Shown here: positions 13,401 through 24,753 of the stretch, piece after piece
Position numbering within the stretch: the stretch's first letter is position 1
Layout of the letters: the number at the start of each line of letters is the position of its first letter
NCBI GenBank assembly: GCA_046563655.1
Contig: CM102283.1
Span: forward strand, 6,882,001-6,946,000
From: Yuukianura sp. NJ FZ-2021
Taxonomy: Eukaryota
Length of the DNA stretch: 64,000 nt
Direction: 5' to 3'
Notes under the pieces: generated by a model
Databases searched by the model: none
What the model saw: only the letters and a program-made list of their open reading frames with translations
Told to the model about the DNA's origin: nothing
Program-made: the position numbers and the translations under genes

Positions 13401-16400
13401 TCACCACAACAGTATCGACACTTCATAACGACACTCAATTCTCCGGCTTTGTCTCACCACACATGTACTTTTTGTACTTCCAGAGAATTTTCAAGCTTTT
13501 TAGCAAACTCGTTTCGGTTTTTCGAATTTCGTTCTTTTTTTGGCAGTATCCGTTTCGCCTTTCATATTTCTAAGCATTTGAAAAATTTATGGCTGCCTAT
13601 GAGTTGTTTATTGTCGTTCAGTTTCTCAGTTTTTATTGGACGCTGACAGATGGATTTGGTTGCATATTGAGTTAGCATCTTGATCATTTTAGCTTAACTT
13701 TTTATTTCAGCGCCTCCTGTTTTTATGTACACTTTGGATTTTAACTTTGTGTTTTTGTTGCAGCAATTCGATCTGGAGACTACTACATGTTTGATGAATA
13801 TGACGATGAGGAGGACCTGGAAATGATTGATAGCATTACTGAAGAGGAAGACGAGTCTGAACTTGGCAAACCATCGGGAATGACTATCACTGAGGTAAAA
13901 ACTTTCTAAATCAAGTGATTTACACATTTGTGAATTGAAGTGATTAAAATTTTAATATTATTTTTGTGATGCAAATAGTTGATGGCCTCTGCACTTAAAA
14001 CGGGTGATGTTGAATCGGCTGCAGAAATGGCACGATTGGCTCGTCGTGGAAGTGATGCCCGTGGAGATGGAAGTCTAACGGAAAGTATGGCGACGTCTTC
14101 TGTTGCTGTTCCACGACGAAGAATGAGTAGTCGACGACGACTTTCTAGAAAAAGTCATTCGTTTCGAAGCGATCGGCAGCGCCTTCCTCCAGCAGCTCCA
14201 GCTCCTGAGCGCAGTGATTCAGATTACGTGGCTCCATTGGCCATTAGCGATGAGGAGACGAGTAGACTCACTGGAGCAGGGGATACGTTAGGAGGAGAAG
14301 AAGGTGGGGATGGAGGCGGAGATTATCCAGGACCAAGTTCGCTGGAAAGTGTTCCAGTGCAAGACGAACCACCACCGCCAGTACCCCCTCCAGCACCGAC
14401 GTTTATGAGACGAGTTTTGGCTTATCTTCGATTTGGGTGGGCGTTTTTGGAAAGTATGATGGTCAGCCTAACGGCATATTTGAACAAGTTTTCCAGAGAT
14501 TACCGTCATGTCTCAAGGTGTTTGGCGGAAGAGAAGCAGGAATTGAAGGTACTTACAACGTGGCTAACAGTTTCAAAAATTTTCATTTCATTTCGTATTC
14601 ATTTCGTTTGTTTCATTGTCTTTTTTCAAAATTTTCATTTTTTAGGAAAAAGAGTTGACGCAGCCACCTATTTTTGCTGTCCATTCCGGACATTCTGCGG
14701 ATCGGCTAGAGTCCGGTATTCGACGTCAAGATTCGGTTGAATTGGGCGAAGACGCTTCTGCACAAGAGCGACATACGGGAATAGATTTAACAAAGCAAGT
14801 GAGCACTGAAGAGTCTGACCTTGGTGGTTCTGGAGACGCTGGGAGCAAAGATGACTTGCAAACTGTTGTAATGAAACCGTCACCAATCAGAGAACGGGAT
14901 GGAATCGATGAGAAAGTTTCTAGCGCGTGAGTTTTTAGTTTTTGTTTCTAACAGCGTAGATCTTAGTGTTGACATCAAAGATTTTAAAAGTTTCTGTTCA
15001 CCAGGAGCTTGGATGAAGTATTGTCATCTCCAGGAAGTGAAACAACTTATCCACCGATTGTCCATCTTGTTGTGGCCATTTGGTATGTGATCATATCACA
15101 TTCGGATCTGGTGTGCTACTTTGTCGTTTTTCTGAACCAAATGAAGTCTGCCAGTATCTTGTCCCTCCCACTTCCACTGATGGTTCTTCTGTGGGGCTCA
15201 CTTTCCGTCCCACGCCCCACCAAAACGTTTTGGGTCACAATAATCGCCTACACAGAAGTGAGATTCTACTTTAAAATAAAGTTTTCAAAAATTTCGAACT
15301 AAATTTTTCTTTTTTATGAATTTTTTGTTGTTTTCAGGCTATCGTAGTTATAAAATATTTGTTTCAATTCGACTTTTTCCCATGGAATGATCCAAGTTTG
15401 CCAGAGAAGAAGGATCCGTTCACCCCACAAAAAATTTTGGGCATTGAGAAGCACGGTAAATATGCCGTTTACGATGTCACGCTTCTCATGGTCGTGTTTT
15501 TCCATCGGTAAGTTGGGCGTTCTTATATTTTCCTAGTGCAAACACGTCTACTGTTGCTAATTTCTGTATTTGTGTAGATATATGTTGAAAAGTCTTGGAC
15601 TCTGGAAGAACAAATCGATGTCCGGCCAAGAAACGAGTATTGTTGTGAGTGTGGAACAGTATCCAGTGGCAAAGACGCGTCCGAGCAAGATGAACGGAAA
15701 TGGAGATGAGTTCCACGACGCACTTTTGGAACCACTTGAGGATGATGGGACTGGAGATAAAGAAGAAAGCTCGGGTAGCGAAGAAGGATGTATCCCACCA
15801 TGGGACGACTGGCAACTTGGAGAGTCACTTGCATATGCGCCTACTATTTTCAAATTGTGGTAAGCTTAGAGTCATTGTGAAAGCAAATCTTTCCGCGAGA
15901 AGTGTTTTAATGGTGGTGTTGAAAAATACTTCCAGCATGTTGCAGTATCTGTCGTCTATTAAAACCTTCTTTGACCAAATTCTCAACTTGGAGTACAAAG
16001 TCAAAGTGGACGTTTACTCTTACATGTTCATCTGCGACTTTTTCAACTTCCTGGTACTCATCTTCGGATTTTCGGCGTTCGGGGTAAAATGTCAAAATTT
16101 TGAAACATGATTTTTTGATTCGGATTATTTCACTCCGGAACTTGATTTTATTTGTTGTAATTTTTTTAGTCTCAGCAAAACGACGTTACTTCGTATTTGG
16201 AAGAGAACAAAGTCCCTGTGCCTTTCTTGGTAATGGTTATCCTTCAGTTTGCTCTGATTGTGATCGATCGCGCACTTTATCTACGCAAGTACATTATGGG
16301 CAAATTCTTCTACCAAATGTTTCTGGTCACTTTCATACATATCGCGATGTTCTTCATTCTGCCTGCTGTGACAGAACGGTAAAACACAGATTATAAATAA

Positions 16401-18588
16401 TTAAAATAATAATGAATGTATAAATGACAAAATGTTTTAATTATAGTTTTATAAAAAATTTTATCAATTGCAGAGAGTTCAAAGCTAGAATACCACCGCA
16501 GATGTGGTACATGGTCAAATGCATCTACCTCCTTTTCTCAGCATATCAAATTCGATCTGGCTACCCGACTCGAATTCTGGGCAACTTTCTATGCAAAAAG
16601 TACAACTACGTTAACATGTTTCTATTCAAGGGGTAAGCTAACGAAAAAATTTATAATGTTGACCTCACTTGAACTCTGAAAATGTTTGCGTTGTTTCTAA
16701 TGTTTTTTTTTTGTATTACAGCTTCATGGCTGTTCCATTTCTGTTTGAACTGAGAGCTTTGATGGATTGGATTTGGACAGACACAAGTATGACCTTGTCC
16801 GATTGGCTAAAACTTGAAGACATATTTGCGCATGTATTCCAACTTAAGGTAAATTCTTTACACATTAAATGTGTAAAATGATGTATTTGATGTTATAATG
16901 TAATTCATTTGTGAAATAGTGCCAACGTCGAGTGGAGAAGGAGTATCCACAGGGGTGAGTTATTTATTATAGTTACTTCGGGTATCTGACTTTGCTTGGA
17001 TTTTTATTCGTATACAGGCGTGGAATGCCGAAAGCTCGCTGGTCGAAATACGCCATTGGTGGCAGCTCTTTGTTCATCATCATTGCCATCATTTGGTTTC
17101 CATTGGTCCTCTTTGCTTTGGGAAATACAGTTGGATTGCCCAATCGGCCCAAGGAACTACAAATTGAACTCTCCATAGGAAGCTTTCAGCCTATCTTCAC
17201 AATGACAGCTCAAAACAACTCTCTCAAAAAGTAAAAAGTCCTCTCAAGAGTTTAATTTCTTAAAATATTATCCAAAATTATAAATATTTGAATATTGCAG
17301 TTTCTCGTCCTCTGAGTACAATGCGCTAAATAGCGTTTTTCGGGGAGACAAGGATGCTCTATATTTTATCAGTGGATATGAAAGTGATGACATATCGGTA
17401 GCCCAATTCGACGGTAACTCAGACGCTGTTTGGGGAATTTCACCTCCATCGAAAGACAAATTGCTCTTAGAGCTTCAGTCTAGTAAGTTTTTATGGTTGG
17501 GCTTATAAAATTGTGTCCTTCCTAACGATTAGTGAGAGAAATATTGTCAAATAGATAGTAATCTTTTTTATTTGATTTTCAACAGACGAATCTGTGAGCA
17601 TAAGATTCTCGTACATGGTTCAGAGGTCCACACCCAATCCAAATCTTGGCGATACAGTGAAGGAGATGAAGGAAGTTCCTTTAGAACCTGGTACAAAAAT
17701 TCGGAAGCAACTAATTGAAATGATCAATGGAACTGCTGGGAATGATTCCGAAGTGAAGATTGACAGCATATTTCCAAAGTTTTTGAAAATTACTAATACT
17801 GGCAAGGCTCAAATTCCGGGTCAACTGAATACCAAAGGTATTTTTTCATTTTCTTGAGTTTCTGTAAGATGGGTAAGATTATAATTTTCGGTTTTGGTTT
17901 TTCGGGAACATAGTTACTGGGGGACCCAAGGGCTACAATCTGCGGAGTTTGAAGTTGAAGTTGATGGGAGCGCCAGATCTTCATGCCAATGAACGATGGT
18001 GGGACGTAGAAGAGGAATGTGACGAAGTGAGGTACAGTGACGTGTCGGATCCACTTCCATTGGACGACCACTGTACTAAAGACCATCTCAACATGTATAC
18101 ATTCAATGAAAAGTCGTTTCCTCCAACGCTCAGCCTCATTTCTGGAGGAGGGTATGTAATCCTGTTCTTCTTTTTGAAGTTATAAGTAGATTTCTTTCTG
18201 AAGTGTTGGTTTTTGTTTGATTTTTCAGAATTATTGGTCTGTACACGACTTTAGTTTTGGTGGCGAGTAAATTCGTTCGAAGCTTCTTCGCTGGCATATC
18301 TTTTCTAATTATGTTCGATGATATGCCGAATGTCGATCGTCTATTTCAGGTAACTTTTTGAATTTTTTTATTTAGTTTTGTGACTTTGAGATTGAAATTT
18401 TGAAAAATCCTTGTTTAATTTCCTAGCTATGCTTGGATATTTATTTGGTGCGAGAGAGTAATGAACTAGCTCTGGAGGAAGATCTCTTTGCGAAAATGAT
18501 ATTTCTGTATCGGTCACCGGAGACGCTCATCAAGTGGACGAGACCAAAAACAACACCCCCTGAGCTTCCAGCTATTGTTCCAGCCTAA
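4488..18588 (+). CDS. Piezo: Piezo mechanosensitive ion channel (many exons)
   Basis: Starts [19 protein letters not shown]; motifs [74 protein letters not shown]; stop TAA at 18586-18588. Confidence 0.97.
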
Positions 18589-18636
18589 GTACTTCCTGTT
18601 ACGCTTAATTCCAAAAATCTCTGGACAGAGACTAAA

Positions 18637-20941
18637 ATCTTTGTACAGACAGAGACTAAATTATTTATTGTTTTGTTTTTACTAGGCCTAAAACGTTGTT
18701 TCGCTTAGAATTAAATTAAAAGTTAGGTTCATCGATATTTGTCCATTGACTTGTACATCATAAGTTATGCATTTTCGCGGATGAGCATAGATTTTTGCAG
18801 TTGCGGAATACTAGGCCTACCAGAAAGGCCCATGCTAAGTCGCAACTCTTCGTTCAAAAGTCCAAGTACTTTGACCACTCCCTCCTCACCAGCGACTGTA
18901 AGCCCCCACAACGGAGCACGCCCGGCAAAAACCTTTAAAAAACGTCACACTTTAGCAAAATTTCAATTTTGAAATGGTTTTTTAAAAAAGTGTAGAGTGT
19001 CTTACCATGTTTGCTCCGAGAGCCAATGCTTTCAAGATGTCCGTACCACGATTGACACCTCCGTCCAAAAATACTTCACATCGTCCTGCCACTGCAGTCA
19101 CAATTGATGGTAAGGCACTTATCTGAAAACCAAAATTTTATTTCTTTGTTAGTTGATTTCAAAATTGCTGCATTTTTTAGTTTCCAACTCACTGTGGAGA
19201 CTACTGTATCGAGCTGTCTTCCGCCGTGATTGGACACCCAAACGGCAGCTACTCCAGCGTCACAAGCCAAATCTGCATCCTCTGGAGTCAGTATCCCTTT
19301 TAGTATCAGCGGTAACGAAGTAATGCTGCAATTTTTCAAAATTTTATCATTTAATTAATATTATTTTTATTTTTATTATCTTTTTATTGTAGAGAACTTT
19401 TACTTCTTGAGCCACTTGATGTCGTCCCATGTAGCTGAGTTCTCACAAAGCTCAGACCAAGTCACAATCTTCTGATACGTCAAATTCTTCATAGTTGGAT
19501 CCACATTTGGAATTCTGAAAACGTTTTGTGTCGACACATTTTTACGATTTAAGTCAAAATTTGAATTCGATTTCCAAAAATTTCCAATTCTTATTACCCA
19601 ATATGTGAAGGTAAAGTGAAGGGATTCCTGAGACATGAGCGTCGTTTTCCAAAATACGAAGCGTCAATTGTAACAACCAGTGCTTCCATTCCTGCGTTTT
19701 CAGCGTTCCTGATCAAGCGGAGTGTAAGAGCACGATCTTTGAGGATGTAAATTTGGACCCACCGACGACAGTTCGGAGCAACGTCGGCGACTTCTTCGAA
19801 ACTGCTATTATTTACTTAGCAGACTTTGGCAGTAAATTGTTCCAGCTCGTTCAGCCGCTGAGGTCAACAAGGTCAAAGGTCAAGCAATTGATTGCTTTTG
19901 CTTAGAATTTTTGTGGACTTTACCTTTGGCCATTGCTAACTCTCCTTTTGGATGAACCGCTTTCTGGAATGCTGTGGGTGAGATTCCGAACGGTATTGAC
20001 ACGGGTTTGCCAAGGACTGTCGTTTGTACACAAATGTTGGACACATCAACGAGGTTGCGTGGCAAAATTTTCCATCTGAAAATCAAATTTCCACTTTCTC
20101 AGTTTTCAAAGTCATTTTCGACCCAAACGAAAAGCTTGTTCAAAAAAAAAGTTAAAAAACAGTTCATACCTGAGGAATGCGTCCGAATTTTCTTTCAAAG
20201 TGACTTCATCGTCGCAGCCTCCGCGGTAATACTCTCCCGTTTCCGGACCGAGTTTGGCCAACGCTGCTGTCTTGAAATCTTCCACGCAAACAAGTTCCTC
20301 AAGATTCTCTCCAGTGAACTTCATGTTTTCCTTTTTTTTCGTCACAACATATTTTGTAACTGAATACTACATGCGGCATACCTACGCTATTTATTGACTT
20401 CAGAAATAATTACTATCACCTTCAAAACTTGTTTCGAGGGTTAGGTTTTTCAATTTCAATTTTTAATACGTCGATTTCTGATCAATTACTAACTTTGTAT
20501 GACGTGTGAGAATGTTTACCAATACTAACAAATTCGAAATCACGAATAGGCGTGCCTTTCTCCAAAAAAATCTTTCAGTTCCACTAAGTTCAGCATCAAA
20601 ATTTCATTCAAGCATTTCATAATCATGATGACGTGACCTCAAGCACATGCCAGTTGTACACAAGCAAATCGGCGGAGACCCAGTTCATGTTGAAAATATT
20701 GATTTTTCATGAAGATGGTTCTGGCCAAGGCGTCAATTCTCATTAGTTGACGTCAATCGCACTGACGTTGAGGGTTTTCAATTGAAAAGTTTTGAACTAT
20801 GACGAAATCTGGGCCTGATTTTATTTTTATTGAGAACTAATCGTAGCAAGGTTAACGGTAATTTCTAGATACAAAAATGCATAAGCTAGGAAAAGTGTAG
20901 GAAATGCTCAGAAAAACTTAGTTTTTCCTGGATGTTGACGT
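18637..20941. repeat. Copy 1 of a ~2.3 kb segmental duplication (HAO gene, its upstream region, peritrophin 3' flank)
   Basis: Aligns by eye to 24754-27019, from ATCTTTGTACAGACAGAGACTAAATT to TTTTCCTGGATGTTGACGT. Confidence 0.92.
18765..20324 (-). pseudogene. Hydroxyacid oxidase copy with frameshift and premature stop
   Basis: Same exon structure as 24882-26431, but exon 3 has a net +4 nt near 19805-19815 (minus strand CTAAGTAAATAATAGCAGT vs CTAAGCACTAGCAGT), reading CQSLLSK-stop-stop. Confidence 0.8.
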
Positions 20942-21211
20942 CTGCGTCGTCAACTTTACGGCGTCACGTTTTAGGCGTTCGCGTTAATTAATTTTGTTGT
21001 CAAATCCAAATGACACAATGCATCAAATTCGAATTAAGTTGGTTAACATTAAGTTTGAATTAATTGGAGTACAAATAAACTTAACATAAAGTAAACTAAG
21101 TAAGTATTTACCAAATTAGCTAAACTAACCTAATACACTATGCTGCTAACACAATGTGCAAAATTAGTTAGTCTTAAGTGTTGTCATAAATATACATTAA
21201 CCTCGCTAGCA

Positions 21212-21871
21212 TTAAGCGTCGTCAGAAGGAACGAAGAACGATTTGTGAATCCTAACAGGAACTCTGGCGCCAGGGATGATCATTTTGGAGAAGAGCATGC
21301 GCAGATCCTTGTCCGAGTCGATTCCCAGCATGATGTGTCGTGCATGGATGTCATCTTCGCCGTCCCAGTTGTACCCCACTTTGTCAAAAATGTAGCGAAG
21401 AAGTCCTTCAATGGTGCCAGAGAGGTATTGAGTAGCTGAGATGTCAATTGTCGTCCTTCCAGTCACGAATGCTTGCAGGTTCTCGCCGATCAAGTTCAGT
21501 TCTGCGTCGGGAGGCAGGATTGGCAAAGCATCTTCGGCGGCAGCACATTCCTGATGCTCAAAATTGGGCGTCGTTTCTGGAGGAGGGACTTCCGTTGCTG
21601 TTGTATCTTCCATGAGTTGGTCCTCCGCTTCGGTGTTCTCCAGAAGATCTTCAGATGGCAGTGCAGTTATAAGATGGTCTTCGTATGGACACGACAGCGA
21701 TGTCACCTCCACGGTGTCGAGTTCCACGTCAGCTTCGGCACTGCTCCTGGAGCTAGTGTTGATTTCATCGTCAGCCGCGGCGGTGCTCCAGCAGGTACTG
21801 ACGACTTCCTCCTCAGCGGCGACGGAACAACTGGAATCAACGCAGCAGTACAACTTCCAGTAGTCGACCAA
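21212..21871 (-). CDS. Acidic histone H2A-like ORF, copy A (5' end unresolved, possibly truncated)
   Basis: Paralog of the last exon of 22616-24000; C-terminus ...IHARHIMLGIDSDKDLRMLFSKMIIPGARVPVRIHKSFF resembles H2A alpha3/docking domain. No in-frame ATG before the internal QLMEDTT. Confidence 0.55.
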   Translation of the reverse strand: MVDYWKLYCCVDSSCSVAAEEEVVSTCWSTAAADDEINTSSRSSAEADVELDTVEVTSLSCPYEDHLITALPSEDLLENTEAEDQLMEDTTATEVPPPETTPNFEHQECAAAEDALPILPPDAELNLIGENLQAFVTGRTTIDISATQYLSGTIEGLLRYIFDKVGYNWDGEDDIHARHIMLGIDSDKDLRMLFSKMIIPGARVPVRIHKSFFVPSDDA

Positions 21872-22615
21872 AACTTACTCAACAAATATGGAAAAAATAA
21901 AAAACCAACTTCAAGGAAACTCTGAAATCGAAAAAATTGAAATTCTAACTCAACCAAACTTAAATTTGACCACAAAACTGAATTTTTAACCATACTTTCA
22001 AAAACTCCAACTTAAAAGCTTCAATAAAGGAACACATAACGCATATTCGGATTTGTTTAAAAAAAAGTGGAAATTTATTTTAGAACTAAAGTAAAGCATT
22101 ACTAATGAAAAATTCCAAGAACTACAGTGAGAACTAACTTTAAATTAATTATGTACAGTGTCAATTAATTTGTTTGCGAAACTAAATAGCATACATATAA
22201 AGTATCACACATAATGTACAAAAGTAACTTGAGTTAAGCTCATTAGTTTGCCTTTAGTAAAATTAATCATCACGCTAATCACAAATTAATTCCACATTGC
22301 TCACAACGGAGTTGTAAAAAACTGCAAACTAAAAACTAACATAACTTAACTACAAAGTATGAAAATAACTACAAATTAATTTTACAAAGTTGTATAAATT
22401 AATTTTGTTGTCAAATGACACAATGCATCAAATTCGAATTAAGTTGGTTAACATTAACTTTGAATTAATTGGAGTCTAAACAAACTTAACCTAAAGTAAA
22501 CTTACTAATTACTTAAACTGACTAAACTAACTTAAATCCACTACGCATATCTAACACAATATTCAAAATTAATTAGTCTTAGTATTGAATTAATTAAAAA
22601 TTAACCTAAGTAGCA

Positions 22616-24000
22616 TTAAGCGCCGTCAGATGGAACGAAGAACGACTTGTGAACCCTAACAGGAACTCCGGCGCCAGGAATGATCACTTTGGAAAAGAGC
22701 ATGCGCAGATCCTTGTCCGAGTCGATTCCCAGCATGATGTGTCGTGCATGGATGTCATCTTCGCCGTCCCAGTTGTACCCCACTTTGTCAAAAATGTAGC
22801 GAAGGAGTCCTTCAATGGTGCCAGAGAGGTATTGAGTAGCTGAGATGTCAATTGTCGTCCTTCCAGTCACGAATGCTTGCAGGTTCTCTCCGATCAAGTT
22901 CAGTTCTGCGTCGGGAGGCAGGAGTGGCAAAGCATCTTCAGCAGTAGCAAGCTCCTGATGCTCAAAATTAGGCGCCGTTTCTGGAAGAGGGACTTCAGTT
23001 GCTGTTGTATCTTCCATGAGTTGGTCCTCCGCTTCGGTGTTCTCCAGAAGATCTTCGGTTGGCAGTGAAGTTAGAAGATGGTCTCCGAACGACAGCAATG
23101 TCACCTCCACGGTGTCGAGGTCCACGTCAGCTTCGACGCTACTCCCGTAGCTGGTGTTGACTTCAACGTCAGCCGCGGCGGTGCTCTGGCATCTCGTCTC
23201 CACTTCCTCGTCAGCATGTACGGTGTCCTCCCATCCAGCTACAAGTTCCATGTCTTCAACGGTGTCCTGGCAACCAGCGACTTCTTGGTTTTCGGGAACG
23301 TTGGCGAGAAACTGCTTTTCCACATCGTAGAGTGACGCTAAGATTTGCTGGTTCTCTGGGTTGTCTTCTAGGGTCACATCTCCCAGGTCAAACTGCAAAA
23401 AATCCAACAAGAACTTCGTTAGTTTTCGATTATAATGCTGAGAATATTCAAAGTACGAAATAAATTATCATGTATTTATACTATATTATTGTTATATTTA
23501 TGTTTTATAAGTATATGCAATCCAGAATGAACTCTTACCGTTAAAAAACAAGTCGTAGGGTCAAAAGCCTCAAGGTGAAATATGGAGTGCTGGGAGTTCT
23601 CCAGCGGTAGAGTCTCCTTTGGTTCTGCTTCCGGTAGAGTATCGCTGCCAGTAGATGGAGCTGCAAAGAAACAAAATGAAAAACTGTAAGTTAGAATCAA
23701 GTGCTAGGATAAAAATTTTAGTTAAACATTATTGGTTAATCATGATTTGTATAACCTAACATAAGTAGACTTATTGAAACATTGTTTAGTAGACATTGTT
23801 AAGCATAAACGTTGTAATTCACCTTCATCAGTACTTTGAGTAGTTTCACTCGGGAAGACGATTTCATAGAGTGACTGGACCCAGTCGTCATCATAGGAGT
23901 CCAGAACTCCGGTGACCTCTTCATTCGCCATTGTCTCCGCCCAGTCAACATCAATCGAGCCAAGCAGTTTGGCTACATCTTCGCATGCCAGAGAATCCAT
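22616..24000 (-). CDS. Acidic protein with C-terminal histone H2A/H2A.Z-like fold, 3 exons, ~358 aa
   Basis: Exons 24000-23823, 23660-23539, 23392-22616 join in frame at canonical GT-AG sites (1077 nt). The last ~100 aa align by eye to H2A.Z (RTT, QYLSGTIEGL, IHARHIMLGIDSDKDL, IIPGAGVPVRVHKS). Confidence 0.8.
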
Positions 24001-24139
24001 TTTTGTTGGGAAGAATCGGTTAAAAGTAGCGATAATTGGAAATTTTAAGGAAGTTCGTGGAGGAGGTCCGTACAGCATGAGAGCAGAAAGAAGAATGAAG
24101 ACCTCAAAATGGAGTAGAGCCCGCAGGGCTTCCATTTTT

Positions 24140-24316
24140 CTTTGTTCTCAAAACCCCTCTGGCCATTGGCTATTCGAGAACAAAGAAAACCCCTGTGATT
24201 GGTCCAAGAGAACAAAGAAACCCCGTTTGATTGGTTCGCAGAGAACAAAGAAAACCTTCTGTGATTGGTTCTCCAGAACAAAGACAACTTGTTCTGATTG
24301 GTCCCTGGAACAAAGA
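24140..24316 (-). promoter_or_regulatory. Tandem array of five CCAAT boxes (putative NF-Y promoter)
   Basis: ATTGG at 24165, 24198, 24230, 24264, 24297 within a ~33-bp repeat GAGAACAAAGAAAACCCCTGTGATTGGT, 165-300 bp upstream of the ATG at 24000. Confidence 0.7.
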
Positions 24317-24753
24317 AGTTATGGCGGTTTGCTTAAGACTTAAGTTAGGGTTGATGAGATAGATGGCGTTGCTGAAGTTTTCTGCAACTTTGCAATTTAA
24401 ACTCAACTACAGCTGACTTTTGACCGATTACAATACACGCTGCAATTGCATAACTCTTTATTTTGTTGAAAAAAAAACTTATGATTTATATTACTTTATT
24501 GACATTATTGCTAACAACACGATAGAAAATATATTTAGACGCAGAAATTCGTTTTAGCGTCCTACGAATTCTTTGACTAAACGTTTTAAGTAGCCTATCA
24601 TCTTTTCATCCAATACGTCTCGTCGTATTGCTTTTCAACTAATCAATTCAATTCAACACTTTGAACATGCACGAAGCACGATGAACATAAGTTTCCTAAA
24701 TCCTAAGAAACGCAGGAACAGGAACACGACATCTCGACCTCACTAACACTAAC

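Noticed and set aside
19804-19816. GT...AG 11-nt micro-intron rescuing HAO copy 1
   Set aside because: Far too short for splicing, and removal would not restore the frame.
21140-23335. Plus-strand ORFs overlapping the H2A-like genes
   Set aside because: Antisense shadows of the minus-strand coding sequence.
24140-24316. Regularly spaced repeats resembling a CRISPR array
   Set aside because: Eukaryotic context, no unique spacers, no cas genes; units are contiguous.
20942-24753. Insert as a Helitron or endogenous virus
   Set aside because: No convincing TC...CTRR ends, hairpin, TIRs or viral/transposase ORFs seen.
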